A DNA stretch of 64,000 nt from Bacillota bacterium (GTDB lineage: Bacteria > Bacillota > Clostridia > Christensenellales > UMGS416): contig JAEYRH010000016.1 of NCBI GenBank assembly GCA_023435705.1, positions 44,691 to 108,690 of the forward strand, in the 5' to 3' direction. The position numbers were made by a program, and so were the translations under genes. How positions within the stretch are numbered: position 1 is the first letter of the stretch; the number at the start of each line of letters is the position of its first letter. This document shows, piece by piece, positions 9,924-18,899 of this stretch. Below the pieces are notes generated by a model, which was given only the letters and a program-made list of their open reading frames with translations, had not been told where the DNA came from and did not search any database.

Positions 9924-10307
9924 ATGAATAGCTCAAATTCTCTGAGGACTCTATATAACTTAGAATACTCAACATCGCCATTACAGAGTAGTCTGATTGT
10001 TTGGTATAATAAACTCATTGACAAAACCGTTGATGAACTTGATGCAACTGATGTGTCAAAAATGTTTCGCCAGAAAATACTTCTGGAAATTGCGATGGAT
10101 AAAGCACTTGATTTATTTATAGAGAATCCTTTTGCTGGGGAGATGCTTGATGGAGATTTGATTGGTTTAATTGTTTCTTTTGATCGCAATATTTTTAGAA
10201 GCTATAAGAAGATAGATTTTTTGTTACAGAAAATTAGAGAACTAGAATCGGGGCAATTAGCCTTTGATTGGATAGACGAGAGCTTCAGATTTAGCCTTTA
10301 TAGATAA
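9924..10307 (+). CDS. Contact-dependent-inhibition / polymorphic-toxin immunity protein-like (CdiI-type), orphan
   Basis: 127 aa in an AT-rich islet. The pattern L..LEY....LQSSLIVWYNKL..K.V.EL...DVSKMFRQKILLEIAMDKALDLFIENPFAGEMLDGDLIGLIV matches my recollection of the NPxAxGxxxxGDLL immunity family. No toxin gene is adjacent. Confidence 0.5.
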   Translation: MNSSNSLRTLYNLEYSTSPLQSSLIVWYNKLIDKTVDELDATDVSKMFRQKILLEIAMDKALDLFIENPFAGEMLDGDLIGLIVSFDRNIFRSYKKIDFLLQKIRELESGQLAFDWIDESFRFSLYR

Positions 10308-10428
10308 TCTCAAGATACATAAAGAAAATATCGAAGTCAATGAGTAGAAGACTTTTTGGGAAGACGTGCACCATGCTTCAGCTTGAGCCAAACGCACCAG
10401 ATCTTCACGGTACTAGACAAAGCGTAAT

Positions 10429-10454
10429 GAAAAGCCCAGATAACTGGGCTTTTC
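10429..10454. terminator. Bidirectional terminator hairpin GAAAAGCCCAG-ATAA-CTGGGCTTTTC
   Basis: Perfect 11-bp stem whose outer A/T base pairs double as the U-tract for either direction, between convergent 9924..10307 (+) and 10550..11404 (-). Confidence 0.75.
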
Positions 10455-10549
10455 TGCATTCGTTTTGCACTGTATCAAAAGTGGCTGCAGCTTGACTGTT
10501 TTCACCTGTGAAAAGCCCATGGGTTTCCGACAGCTTCACACCGGATATC

Positions 10550-11404
10550 TCAAAGGACAGTGTCCATTGTGGTGTAGCTTCCGCACCGCCCCGCATGCAG
10601 GTGCATCTCCAGGCGGTCGGGGCGCTCGGCAGGGCCGCTTGCGCCAACCCCAAAGCCGGACTGACAGTCGCGCATTGTGTCCAGGTTCATCAGCATGTTG
10701 AGTTGGAACCCGGTCTGCCGCTCCTCAACCACAGGCATAAAGTAAAGCCCGCTTTTGATTTTGATTTGATCGGCAGGGAGGGTGGCCATCCAGTAAGTAT
10801 CTTCATTTGCAAATCGCATCACATAGGTGCAATAATGCGGCGAACTGAAGATGTATTTGATGCCGGGCCGTGTGGCATTCGGGGCACCCCAATGGATCGC
10901 CTTGCCTACGAGCTCGGTGGTATAGGCATGCCGGAGTGCGTTCGCAGGGACATCAAACCCTGCGATTTGCCCAAACAGGATGTCATGGCTCACTTCTCTT
11001 GGAATTTCAGTGATGCCTGCCACAGCTTCCACCGCAGTCACCAGACCGGTTTCCAGGTCGATGACCATATTGCAGCATCTGGGCCGATCGAAGCCTGCCT
11101 TGTAGTGGTGCAGGAAAACGATTTCATCGTGGTCTGGACCGGGCACCGCGCTGTAAGCGTCTTTATGCCAGACACCGTCACCATCTGTCCACGCCAGATA
11201 CCTCTTGTCGTAGAATTCGTATTCCGTCATGCTGCCGTTCATGTACTCAAACCGCAGTTTCTTTCCTGCAAGAACCTCTGAGCTCCCCAGCTGCTCGGTT
11301 TCCAGCTCGCCATTCCATACGGACTCGGTTGTGGCCTTTTTGGCCATTTCTTTCACATGATCAATGCTGATATAATTCCAGTATCGCTTTTTCCGCTGCG
11401 CCAT
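10550..11404 (-). CDS. Hypothetical protein, possibly MoaF-like
   Basis: 284-aa uninterrupted ORF with GC-rich codon usage. The resemblance to MoaF-family proteins is from memory only. Confidence 0.35.
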   Translation of the reverse strand: MAQRKKRYWNYISIDHVKEMAKKATTESVWNGELETEQLGSSEVLAGKKLRFEYMNGSMTEYEFYDKRYLAWTDGDGVWHKDAYSAVPGPDHDEIVFLHHYKAGFDRPRCCNMVIDLETGLVTAVEAVAGITEIPREVSHDILFGQIAGFDVPANALRHAYTTELVGKAIHWGAPNATRPGIKYIFSSPHYCTYVMRFANEDTYWMATLPADQIKIKSGLYFMPVVEERQTGFQLNMLMNLDTMRDCQSGFGVGASGPAERPDRLEMHLHAGRCGSYTTMDTVL

Positions 11405-11531
11405 TGAAGGTCACACTCCTTTGTTAGATTTCTAATTAATAGTCCAACCGATTGGATTTGTCAACCTTTATTTTGGCCATGTAGAAAGTGCAGAAAGCTA
11501 TCAACATGGGTGCAAGCGCCATGCCTGTATT

Positions 11532-11559
11532 AGAAAAGCCCAGGACCCTGGGCTTTTCT
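11532..11559 (-). terminator. Intrinsic terminator after nspC (AGAAAAGCCCAG-GACC-CTGGGCTTTTCT)
   Basis: 12-bp perfect stem. The minus strand ends in TTTTCT. Located 38 nt downstream of the nspC stop. Confidence 0.75.
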
Positions 11560-11596
11560 CGAGATATTTACAAATGTATATTAACTGTGAAGCGGC

Positions 11597-12733
11597 TTAT
11601 GATAACCTTGATTTGAAATCCTCATATCCAAACTGTTTGATGACCCTCATTCCTTGTTGTTCATCATACAGCGCGATCGCCGGCAAGTTTATGCCGTTGA
11701 ACGTATTGTTCTTCACCATTGTATAGTGCGCCATATCACAGAAAACGAGCCGGTCGCCAGGTTTGAGAGACTCTGGGAACGAGTAATCGCCAATCACATC
11801 TCCAGCAAGGCAGGTTGGCCCGCCAAGGCGGTATGTGTGCTCGAGTTCTCCGCTTTCGCCCGCGCCGATTACCACCGGCCGGTAGGGCATCTCCAGGACA
11901 TCCGGCATGTGGCAGGCTGCGGAGGTATCCAGAATGGCGATGTCCATTCTGTTCTGCACGATATCCAAAACCGTGGAGACCAGGTAACCGGCTTGATAGG
12001 CAACGGCCTCACCGGGTTCCAGATAGACCTGCAAGCCATATTTTTCGTGTATTGATATCAAGAGCTTCACGAGCGACTCCATATCATATCCACTTCGCGT
12101 GATCAGGTGGCCGCCGCCAAGGTTCACCCATTTCATCTTTTTCAGGTAGGCACCAAAATTCCGCTCGAAGGATTCCCACACACGATCCAATGTGTCCAAA
12201 CCCTGTTCGCAGAGCGCATGGAAGTGCAAGCCCTCAATGCCGTCAAGCTCGTCCGGACGGAAGGCCGAGGCCGGCACTCCAAGACGGGAGTTGATTGCAC
12301 AAGGGTCATACAGAGGCGTGGAGACCTCGGAGTAACCGGGATTAACACGAATACCGCATGACACGCGCTTATCGGCTTTCAGGACCCGGCCGCGGAAACG
12401 CTCCCATTGGTTGAAGGAGTTGAAGACAATGTGATCGCAGCAGCTTACCAGATCGTCGAACTCATCATCGCGCCACGCAGCGGCATAGGCATGCACCTCA
12501 CCGCCAAACTCCTCCCGGCCAAGCCGGGCTTCGTTCAATGAGCTGGCTGTGACACCCACCAGTCGCTGGGATGCCTGTTGGAACACGGAGAACATGGAGA
12601 ACGCCTTGAGCGCCAGCAGCACCTTGCAGCCGGTGCGCTGTTGCAAAGAGGAGAGCGCCTCCAGGTTTTTCTCCAGAAGGCGCCCATCCACGAGATAGCA
12701 TGGTGTCGGCAGGGCATGAATATCAAGATCCAT
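11597..12733 (-). CDS. nspC: Carboxynorspermidine / carboxyspermidine decarboxylase
   Basis: LPTPCYLVDGRLLEKNLE...KVLLALKAF...NLGGGH...EPGEAVA fits the NspC branch of the PLP fold-III decarboxylases. Adjacent to the CANSDH gene. Confidence 0.85.
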   Translation of the reverse strand: MDLDIHALPTPCYLVDGRLLEKNLEALSSLQQRTGCKVLLALKAFSMFSVFQQASQRLVGVTASSLNEARLGREEFGGEVHAYAAAWRDDEFDDLVSCCDHIVFNSFNQWERFRGRVLKADKRVSCGIRVNPGYSEVSTPLYDPCAINSRLGVPASAFRPDELDGIEGLHFHALCEQGLDTLDRVWESFERNFGAYLKKMKWVNLGGGHLITRSGYDMESLVKLLISIHEKYGLQVYLEPGEAVAYQAGYLVSTVLDIVQNRMDIAILDTSAACHMPDVLEMPYRPVVIGAGESGELEHTYRLGGPTCLAGDVIGDYSFPESLKPGDRLVFCDMAHYTMVKNNTFNGINLPAIALYDEQQGMRVIKQFGYEDFKSRLS

Positions 12734-12746
12734 CTTTCTTAGGCCC

Positions 12747-13946
12747 TCAGTCTACGAGAACCGGAGCGAAGCTCTCCTGCCAGGGCAGGCCGCAGAGGTT
12801 AAGCTGCTCCATAAACGGATCCGGATCAAACTCCTCCACATTGTGCACGCCTGGCTTTACCCATGTGCCGTTCATCATGAGCATTGCGCCGATCATCGCA
12901 GGCACGCCTGTCGTGTAGGAGATCGCCTGAGAGCCCACCTCGCGATAGCATTCCTCGTGGTCACACACATTGTAGACGTAGTATGTTACTGGTTTGCAGT
13001 TCTTCTTCCCTTGATAAATGCAGCCAATGTTCGTTTTTCCCTTCGTCCTAGGGCCCAGCGAAGCGGGATCCGGCAGCAAGGCCTTCAAGAACTGCAAAGG
13101 GATGATCTCATGGCCTTCGTAATTGACGGGCTGGATCGACGTCATGCCCACGTTTTGCAGCACACGGAGATGGTTCAGATAATTGTCTGAGAATGTCATC
13201 CAGAACCTGATCTTTTCAACACCTTTGATGTTTACAGCCAAAGACTCCAACTCCTCATGATAGAGAAGATAGATGTTCTTTGGCCCGATCTCCGGAAAGT
13301 CGTATACCCGCTTCACGGAGAGTGGTTCGGTTTCCACCCATTTCCCATCCTCGAAAAAGCGGCCTTTTGCCGTCACTTCACGGATATTGATCTCAGGGTT
13401 GAAATTCGTGGCAAACGGGTGGCCGTGGTCGCCGGCGTTGGCGTCCAGGATGTCAATCATGTTGATCTCATCAAAATAGTGCTTTTGCGCATAAGCCGAA
13501 AATACGCCTGTAACACCAGGGTCGAAACCACAGCCAAGCAGCGCCGTGATGCCCGCCTTCTCAAACCGCTCGCGGTATGCCCATTGCCAGCTGTATTCAA
13601 ACTTCGGCACTTCCGGCGGTTCGTAGTTGGCGGTATCCACATAGTTCACATGCGTTTCCAGACAGGCATCCATGATGGAAAGATCCTGGTAAGGCAACGC
13701 AACGTTGATGACGATGTCGGGATGGAATTGGTTGATGAGCTTGACAAGTTCAGAAACATTGTCCGCATCCACTTGGGCTGTCTGTATCTTTGTTTTTCCA
13801 TTGGCCAGTTTGTCGCGCAGGGCGTCGCACTTTGATTTCGTCCTGCTGGCGATGCAGATTTCCTCAAATACTTCCGGATGCTGGCAGCACTTATGCACGA
13901 CCACACTGGCAACTCCACCGGCCCCAATGATCAACGCTTTTCCCAA
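12747..13946 (-). CDS. Carboxynorspermidine synthase / saccharopine dehydrogenase-family (CANSDH)
   Basis: KALIIGAGGVASVVVHKCCQ Rossmann motif. ~400 aa. TTG start at 13946, 8 nt after GGAGG. Classical pairing with nspC. Confidence 0.85.
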   Translation of the reverse strand: MGKALIIGAGGVASVVVHKCCQHPEVFEEICIASRTKSKCDALRDKLANGKTKIQTAQVDADNVSELVKLINQFHPDIVINVALPYQDLSIMDACLETHVNYVDTANYEPPEVPKFEYSWQWAYRERFEKAGITALLGCGFDPGVTGVFSAYAQKHYFDEINMIDILDANAGDHGHPFATNFNPEINIREVTAKGRFFEDGKWVETEPLSVKRVYDFPEIGPKNIYLLYHEELESLAVNIKGVEKIRFWMTFSDNYLNHLRVLQNVGMTSIQPVNYEGHEIIPLQFLKALLPDPASLGPRTKGKTNIGCIYQGKKNCKPVTYYVYNVCDHEECYREVGSQAISYTTGVPAMIGAMLMMNGTWVKPGVHNVEEFDPDPFMEQLNLCGLPWQESFAPVLVD

Positions 13947-14213
13947 CTCTTTTGCCTCCGTTAAAAGTTAAAGTTCATTTTGTCTGATTATATAAAAAAT
14001 ACGACGATAATTCAAGAATATTGCTAAAATAGTATGAGAATTCATCATAATGCTTCATTATTTCACAATCTCTTTGTTTTTCATTACTTTTCATAACAAC
14101 TTGTTTGTTTTGCTCTCTATTTGCCAGTGCTATACTCCTTGCTCTTGCTTCATGAAGTGCATGTATTATCAGGGCAGGGAGAATTGCACCATAATGATCA
14201 AGCATCACCAGTA

Positions 14214-14351
14214 ATGGAGGAGCGGAAGTTTAGCAAGAGAATCAGGAGATTAAGGCTGGCGAAGGGCTGTTTTTACCGGCCTGAGGAAGTTATCATTTCC
14301 CGTCAATATGTGCCGGAACTGAAAAGACGATTGTCAGAGGAAAACATATGA
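14214..14351 (+). pseudogene. Possible remnant of the C-terminal end of a LytTR-type regulator (45 codons)
   Basis: MEERKFSKRIRRLRLAKGCFYRPEEVIISRQYVPELKRRLSEENI resembles only the last strand/helix of LytTR domains (..V.VSR.Y...LK..L). It overlaps the start of the DUF3021 gene, which usually follows a full LytTR gene. Confidence 0.3.
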
Positions 14352-14776
14352 GCTTCAAGGTTTTTCTAAAAAGATGCCTGATGCAATACTTCATTATAAC
14401 AACCTGCGTGACTGTTGCGATCGCCTTGCTGGGGTTATCCATGGATCCTGCGGCGAGGTTTGGCTATGAGGCCTACTTTTCACCATTGATCTTCGCATTC
14501 CTCAGCCTGTTACCTTCACTTGTGACCTATTCCCGCAAGGAGTTAACCTTACGGCAGACGCTGTTGCGAAAGGTGCTTTACGTGATTGTGCTAGAAGGAA
14601 TGCTTTTGGCATTTGGATTTTGGGCAGGAATACTGCACGGCGCTGCGGACGCATTATCCTTTGGCCTGGCGGTTTTTATAGTGTATCTGGTTGTCAATCT
14701 GATCAGCTGGAAAATTGACAAGAAGGATGCCGATGAGTTGAATAAAACGCTCAAGAGCATGCAGTGCAGAAGCTAA
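14348..14776 (+). CDS. DUF3021-family membrane protein
   Basis: 142 aa with four hydrophobic segments. Composition is typical of DUF3021 partners of LytTR regulators. Confidence 0.6.
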   Translation: MSFKVFLKRCLMQYFIITTCVTVAIALLGLSMDPAARFGYEAYFSPLIFAFLSLLPSLVTYSRKELTLRQTLLRKVLYVIVLEGMLLAFGFWAGILHGAADALSFGLAVFIVYLVVNLISWKIDKKDADELNKTLKSMQCRS

Positions 14777-14898
14777 GCATTTAAATAGACATAATTGAGT
14801 GGAGAAGATGTGAAAGCGCCCCCCTCCTATATCCAGCCATGTGACTGGGCGTCGGGAGAGGGGCGTTCCATATAATTGAATTCTGTATGATTGGCTTT

Positions 14899-16455
14899 TT
14901 ACTTCAACGAATTCCTTTGGTGCCACTCAAGGGAGTAATCCACCAGGAATTTGATCAGGGGCGGCTGCTCCGCTTCCATATGGGCGCCATCCTTAAAGCA
15001 CATCTCCTTCGGGCTTTCGCAGGTATAGGGCTCCCAGGTGGGCAGCTGGGTGCCGTCGAAGTCCGGGCCGTTTGGGTCACCTGTTTTCGCGAAATTGACC
15101 CAATACAGATTCGCCTGGCGGGACACATCATAGTCCGCGCCACGGTGCGCCGACCTCATATAGTGCAGGTTGTCAAAGGCGTAATCCACATCCACACCAT
15201 GGGAGCAACCCAGAGGGTCTTCCGGCCTGGGGTGGTCCATGCAGTAGGCATACATCGGCGCGAACCCACCGCGGCGGGCGGCCCATTCGCACCAGTTCTC
15301 CGCGCCAAGGCATTGCATGGCATAGGTGGCGTTTTTCTTGATCTGCTCCAGGTCGCCGCTGGCGAAGCCGACGATTGCGAGATACTCATCGGCCCGGTCT
15401 CCGTAAGCCTTTCTGGCGCTTGCCTCGAAGGCTTCCAGCGTTTCTTCCTTGGGGGTGATGAGGAAATCCTGCAGCGCGTGGCCTGTCATCATCGGGATGT
15501 TTTTCTGTTTGCGTTTCAGGATGGACAGGGGGGAGGGTTCTGTGACAAAATCGCCGTCGGTGCACATGCTCCAGCGGAAGGTTGGCCGACCAAAGCCCAT
15601 CATGCCGCCGGCAAGTGGTTCACGCTGCGCGCAGAACTCCTTGGATTTCTGCAGCAGTGTTTCTCCGTCGATCTTGCGCACGTCATCCAGATTCCTGCAA
15701 CCGAGCCATTGCTCAAAGTCTTTGCCCGCCTTTTCCAGGTCTTCCAGCTTCACTTCCGTGATGGGGCTGGGGCCGTGGATGCCGCCGCCGCTCATCACGA
15801 TGGCTTTGTGAAAGAGGCCTTCAGTTTTCGGAGAAAGTACTTGAGCAATCACGCTGGCGCCGCCGGCGGAATGGCCAAACAGTGTCACGTTATCAGGGTC
15901 TCCGCCGAATGCAGCGATGTTTCTCTGCACCCATGCCAGTGCGGCAGCCTGGTCTCGATAGGAGAAGTTGGCACAGCCGTCTTCCCGGTGCTGCGCGGTG
16001 ATTTCCGGGTGGGCGAACATGCCGAAGATATCCAGCCGGTAGTTCATGCTCACGAACACGACGCCGCGGCTGGCAAACTTGGTGCCTTCAAACACGGGCT
16101 GGAAGCTGTCTCCGGTCACGAAGCCGCCGCCAAAGATCCAGACCATCACAGGTAGTTTATCTTCTTTGGATTTTGCCGGTGTCCAGACATTCAGATAAAG
16201 GCAGTCTTCTTTCGCTGGGATCTCATTGTAACCCCAGTTTCTGGAGTCTTGCGGAGGGAGGTTCCGCATGGGCACAGCGGGGGGCTCCATGCAGTCGCGG
16301 ACACCCTGCCAGGGCACCACGGGCTGCGGCGCGCGCCAGCGCAAAGCACCCACCGGAGGCTGCGCATAAGGAATGCCGCGAAACATGGTGACGTTCAGGT
16401 CACTGGAGGTGACACCACGAACCTCGCCGGAATCGATTCTGGTCTGCTTGATCAT
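14899..16455 (-). CDS. Carboxylesterase type B (para-nitrobenzyl esterase-like)
   Basis: FRGIPYAQPPVGALRWRAP, VMVWIFGGGF, nucleophile elbow GHSAGG. ATG 16455 is preceded by GGAAGGAG. The track start at 16491 is an upstream extension. Confidence 0.9.
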   Translation of the reverse strand: MIKQTRIDSGEVRGVTSSDLNVTMFRGIPYAQPPVGALRWRAPQPVVPWQGVRDCMEPPAVPMRNLPPQDSRNWGYNEIPAKEDCLYLNVWTPAKSKEDKLPVMVWIFGGGFVTGDSFQPVFEGTKFASRGVVFVSMNYRLDIFGMFAHPEITAQHREDGCANFSYRDQAAALAWVQRNIAAFGGDPDNVTLFGHSAGGASVIAQVLSPKTEGLFHKAIVMSGGGIHGPSPITEVKLEDLEKAGKDFEQWLGCRNLDDVRKIDGETLLQKSKEFCAQREPLAGGMMGFGRPTFRWSMCTDGDFVTEPSPLSILKRKQKNIPMMTGHALQDFLITPKEETLEAFEASARKAYGDRADEYLAIVGFASGDLEQIKKNATYAMQCLGAENWCEWAARRGGFAPMYAYCMDHPRPEDPLGCSHGVDVDYAFDNLHYMRSAHRGADYDVSRQANLYWVNFAKTGDPNGPDFDGTQLPTWEPYTCESPKEMCFKDGAHMEAEQPPLIKFLVDYSLEWHQRNSLK

Positions 16456-16537
16456 TGCATTGCTCCTTCCCATACATAACAGAATAAGCATACTAATTCA
16501 TTATAACTCAAAATGATAAATATGGATACGGACATAT

Positions 16538-16566
16538 CAAAAATTCGCGGTTGTGAAACCGCGAAT
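16538..16566 (-). terminator. Intrinsic terminator after the Fe-ADH gene
   Basis: ATTCGCGGTT-GTGA-AACCGCGAAT (16543-16566). The minus strand continues TTTTTGA. Confidence 0.8.
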
Positions 16567-16609
16567 CATGATCTCTACAAGGCTATTTATTTGCTTAAAA
16601 CACCTTATT

Positions 16610-17764
16610 TCAACGGCAATTATATGCCTTTTGAAACAGCTCCAGATATCCCTCTTTGGTGATCTCTCTAGGGTTGCTTCCGTTGGAACCGTTTTTCACC
16701 GACATCTCCGCCAGCAGCTCGAAATCATCCGGATTCACATGCAATGCCGCGATGCCGGGCAGCCCGATTTCCCGCGACAGCATCCGGATGTGTTCAATGC
16801 CCCTAGCCGCAGCCGTCGCTTCATCATCGTCTGCGATGCCCATTGCCCGCGCGATTCGGGCATATTTGTGCTGCGCAGCCGGCAGGTTGTATTCCATCAC
16901 ATAGGGGAGCAGGATGGCGTTGCACATGCCATGCGGCGCGTCGTAGAGGCTCCCCAACGCCTCAGCCATGCAGTGCACCGATGCTACGTCGGCATGGCTG
17001 AAGGATAAGCCTGCCAGCAGGCTGCCCATCATCATCCGGTCTCGCGCTTCGAGGTTTCCGCCGTTCTTCACTGCTTCCACAATGCTTCCCGCGATATATT
17101 CCACTGCGTATAACCCAACGGCCTCGGCGATGGGCTCGGTGCAATTGGCGGTGTAGCCTTCGATGGCATGGGTCAGTGCATCGATGCCGGTGGCGGCGGT
17201 GGTGAGCGGGGGCACAGTCAGTGTCAGCTCCGGGTCGATGATCGCGGTTTTCGCCGCGATCGCCGTACTCTTGATTGTGAACTTGAATTTCTCCGTGGTG
17301 TCTGTGATCACCGAAGAAAAGGTCACCTCGCTTCCGGTGCCTGCAGTGGTGGGGATCGTGAGCAGCGGCAGGCAATCATCCTTGATTTTTCCTTTGCCCT
17401 GATAGCTGCGCACCTTGCCGCCTTGCCGTGCCAACACCGCCACGGCCTTGGCCGCGTCTATGGGGCTGCCGCCGCCGAATGCTACGAGCGTATCAATGGA
17501 TTGATCACGGGCCACCTGCGCGCAGGATTCCACGTTGATATCCTTGGGGTTGGCCTCGATACCGTCAAAAACAGTGTAGTGGATTTCTTCCTGTGCAATC
17601 AACGTGAGAAGCCGGGCACACATGCCGGATGTGGAGAGCCCTTTGTCGGTGATGACCATCACCCGTTTGGCGTTGAGTTGCCGGAGCTCTTCACCCACGG
17701 TTTTCAGGGTGCCGGCGCCATACCGGATCCTGGTTGGCAGAAGGAAGTCAAAGGAGAGGATCAT
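16610..17764 (-). CDS. Iron-containing alcohol dehydrogenase
   Basis: AFGGGSPIDAAKA, TTAGTGSEVT, and His-rich metal-site motifs (THAIEGY, SHADVASVHCMAEALG). ATG 17764 lies 7 nt after AAGGAG. Confidence 0.9.
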   Translation of the reverse strand: MILSFDFLLPTRIRYGAGTLKTVGEELRQLNAKRVMVITDKGLSTSGMCARLLTLIAQEEIHYTVFDGIEANPKDINVESCAQVARDQSIDTLVAFGGGSPIDAAKAVAVLARQGGKVRSYQGKGKIKDDCLPLLTIPTTAGTGSEVTFSSVITDTTEKFKFTIKSTAIAAKTAIIDPELTLTVPPLTTAATGIDALTHAIEGYTANCTEPIAEAVGLYAVEYIAGSIVEAVKNGGNLEARDRMMMGSLLAGLSFSHADVASVHCMAEALGSLYDAPHGMCNAILLPYVMEYNLPAAQHKYARIARAMGIADDDEATAAARGIEHIRMLSREIGLPGIAALHVNPDDFELLAEMSVKNGSNGSNPREITKEGYLELFQKAYNCR

Positions 17765-17806
17765 AAACAAACTCCTTAAATCTTTACAAGAATTTCATGA
17801 TATGAA

Positions 17807-18019
17807 TCAAGATGATTTAGGCTTCTTCTGGCGCACCACACACAACCAATACACAATTAACGCGGTGGGGCAGGAGGTGAGCCCATACAGGCCCCAGAGC
17901 CAGGCCTTGGCGCCGCGTTTCTGCGCGTCCTGGAAAATGAAGATGCCCTGACCCAGCAAAACAACCGCGATCAGCAGCCATTGCCACCATGCCAATTCAG
18001 CGTTCCACGAAACCTTCAT
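17807..18019 (-). CDS. Small two-TM membrane protein, PLDc_N/YxlD-YxlE-like, last gene of the ECF sigma module
   Basis: 70 aa (W..LLIAVVLLGQGIFIFQDAQKRG...LWGLYGL...IVYWL). Its ATG shares one nt with the upstream stop (TGATG). Confidence 0.6.
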   Translation of the reverse strand: MKVSWNAELAWWQWLLIAVVLLGQGIFIFQDAQKRGAKAWLWGLYGLTSCPTALIVYWLCVVRQKKPKSS

Positions 18020-18336
18020 CAGTGGGCTCCCTGCGCCTGACGGCGGGCACGAACATACGCAAATGACAGCCCAACGATTGCCCCTCCGAATGCTGCGGCC
18101 TGTATCAATACAAAGAATGCTTCAAATCGCCCTGATAACAGCACCAAGCCAGACACCAGCGCCAACGCCACCACGATAAACAGGATCAATTGTATTCTCT
18201 GCGTGCGCCGAATCAATGCCTGCTGGCGGTCTACCAGCGCCTTGAAATGGGCGAACTCCGGCGTTGCCACCTCAATCTGATCGAGATTTTTGGCACCTTT
18301 ATTCAGCTTTTGCAACAATTCCTGATCTTGATCCAT
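18019..18336 (-). CDS. Putative anti-sigma factor / YxlC-like membrane protein
   Basis: A soluble N-terminus followed by two TM segments (LILFIVVALALVSGLVLL, FFVLIQAAAFGGAIVGLSF). It overlaps the 3' end of the sigma gene. The start is uncertain (18336 or 18372). Confidence 0.5.
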   Translation of the reverse strand: MDQDQELLQKLNKGAKNLDQIEVATPEFAHFKALVDRQQALIRRTQRIQLILFIVVALALVSGLVLLSGRFEAFFVLIQAAAFGGAIVGLSFAYVRARRQAQGAH

Positions 18337-18865
18337 GGTCTTCCAGCTCCTTTCGTAGTTGCTTGATGCCATTGGAGATCCTGGACTTCACCGTGCCCAG
18401 GGGGATTTTCATCTGCTGCGCGATCTCCTCATAGCGATAACCAAGCAGGTGATACATGGTCACTGGTGCGCGTGTCTTTTCATCCAGCCGCCGGATCGCT
18501 GAGAGCAGATCGTCGGATTCGATGAGCTCTCCGTATGGATCATGAGTCAGGTGATCGGCGATGGAATCCTCCATTGGCCGCAGCCGTCTTCCTTTTCTGA
18601 TTTCATCCAGCCACCGGTTGCGGGCGATGGTGACCAGCCAAGTGGAGAACTTCGCCTTTTCCGGATCGTAAGCCATAAAGTTGCGGACTGCCCGCTCCAT
18701 AGCGTCCTGCACGGCGTCTTCTGCCGAGGAGGGATCCATCGTCAGCTTTACAAGGTAACGGTAAACGATGGCATAATTCATTTGAAGCAACGTCGCCAAG
18801 GCCTGGGCGCTGCCGCGCCGGGCCTGGTGGATCAGGGCCAGTTCGTTTTCATCGGTAATCGGCAT
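18299..18865 (-). CDS. ECF-family RNA polymerase sigma factor (SigY-like by context)
   Basis: Region 2 (YRYLVKLTMDPSSAEDAVQDAMERAV...FSTWLVTIARNRWLDEIRK) and region 4 (YHLLGYRYEEIAQQMKIPLGTVKSRI). Confidence 0.85.
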   Translation of the reverse strand: MPITDENELALIHQARRGSAQALATLLQMNYAIVYRYLVKLTMDPSSAEDAVQDAMERAVRNFMAYDPEKAKFSTWLVTIARNRWLDEIRKGRRLRPMEDSIADHLTHDPYGELIESDDLLSAIRRLDEKTRAPVTMYHLLGYRYEEIAQQMKIPLGTVKSRISNGIKQLRKELEDHGSRSGIVAKAE

Positions 18866-18899
18866 AAAACCTCAACAACCGGCTTCCCGTCGGTAATGA

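Noticed and set aside
9890-10189. 99-aa minus-strand ORF in the AT-rich islet (and 13975-14208, 77 aa)
   Set aside because: Both lie in AT-rich DNA, where long ORFs are not expected by chance but these lack an RBS. The first is antisense to the better-supported immunity-like ORF. The second has no motif and lies in a probable promoter region.
10508-11281. 257-aa plus-strand ORF
   Set aside because: Antisense to 10550-11404. The minus-strand frame has the more protein-like composition, and the terminators at 10429 and 11532 fit the minus-strand gene.
14887-16155. 422-aa plus-strand ORF
   Set aside because: It lies entirely antisense to the carboxylesterase gene, whose catalytic motifs are clear. 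It has an Ala/Gly/Arg/His-rich composition typical of the reverse frame of GC-rich genes, no RBS and no recognisable motif.
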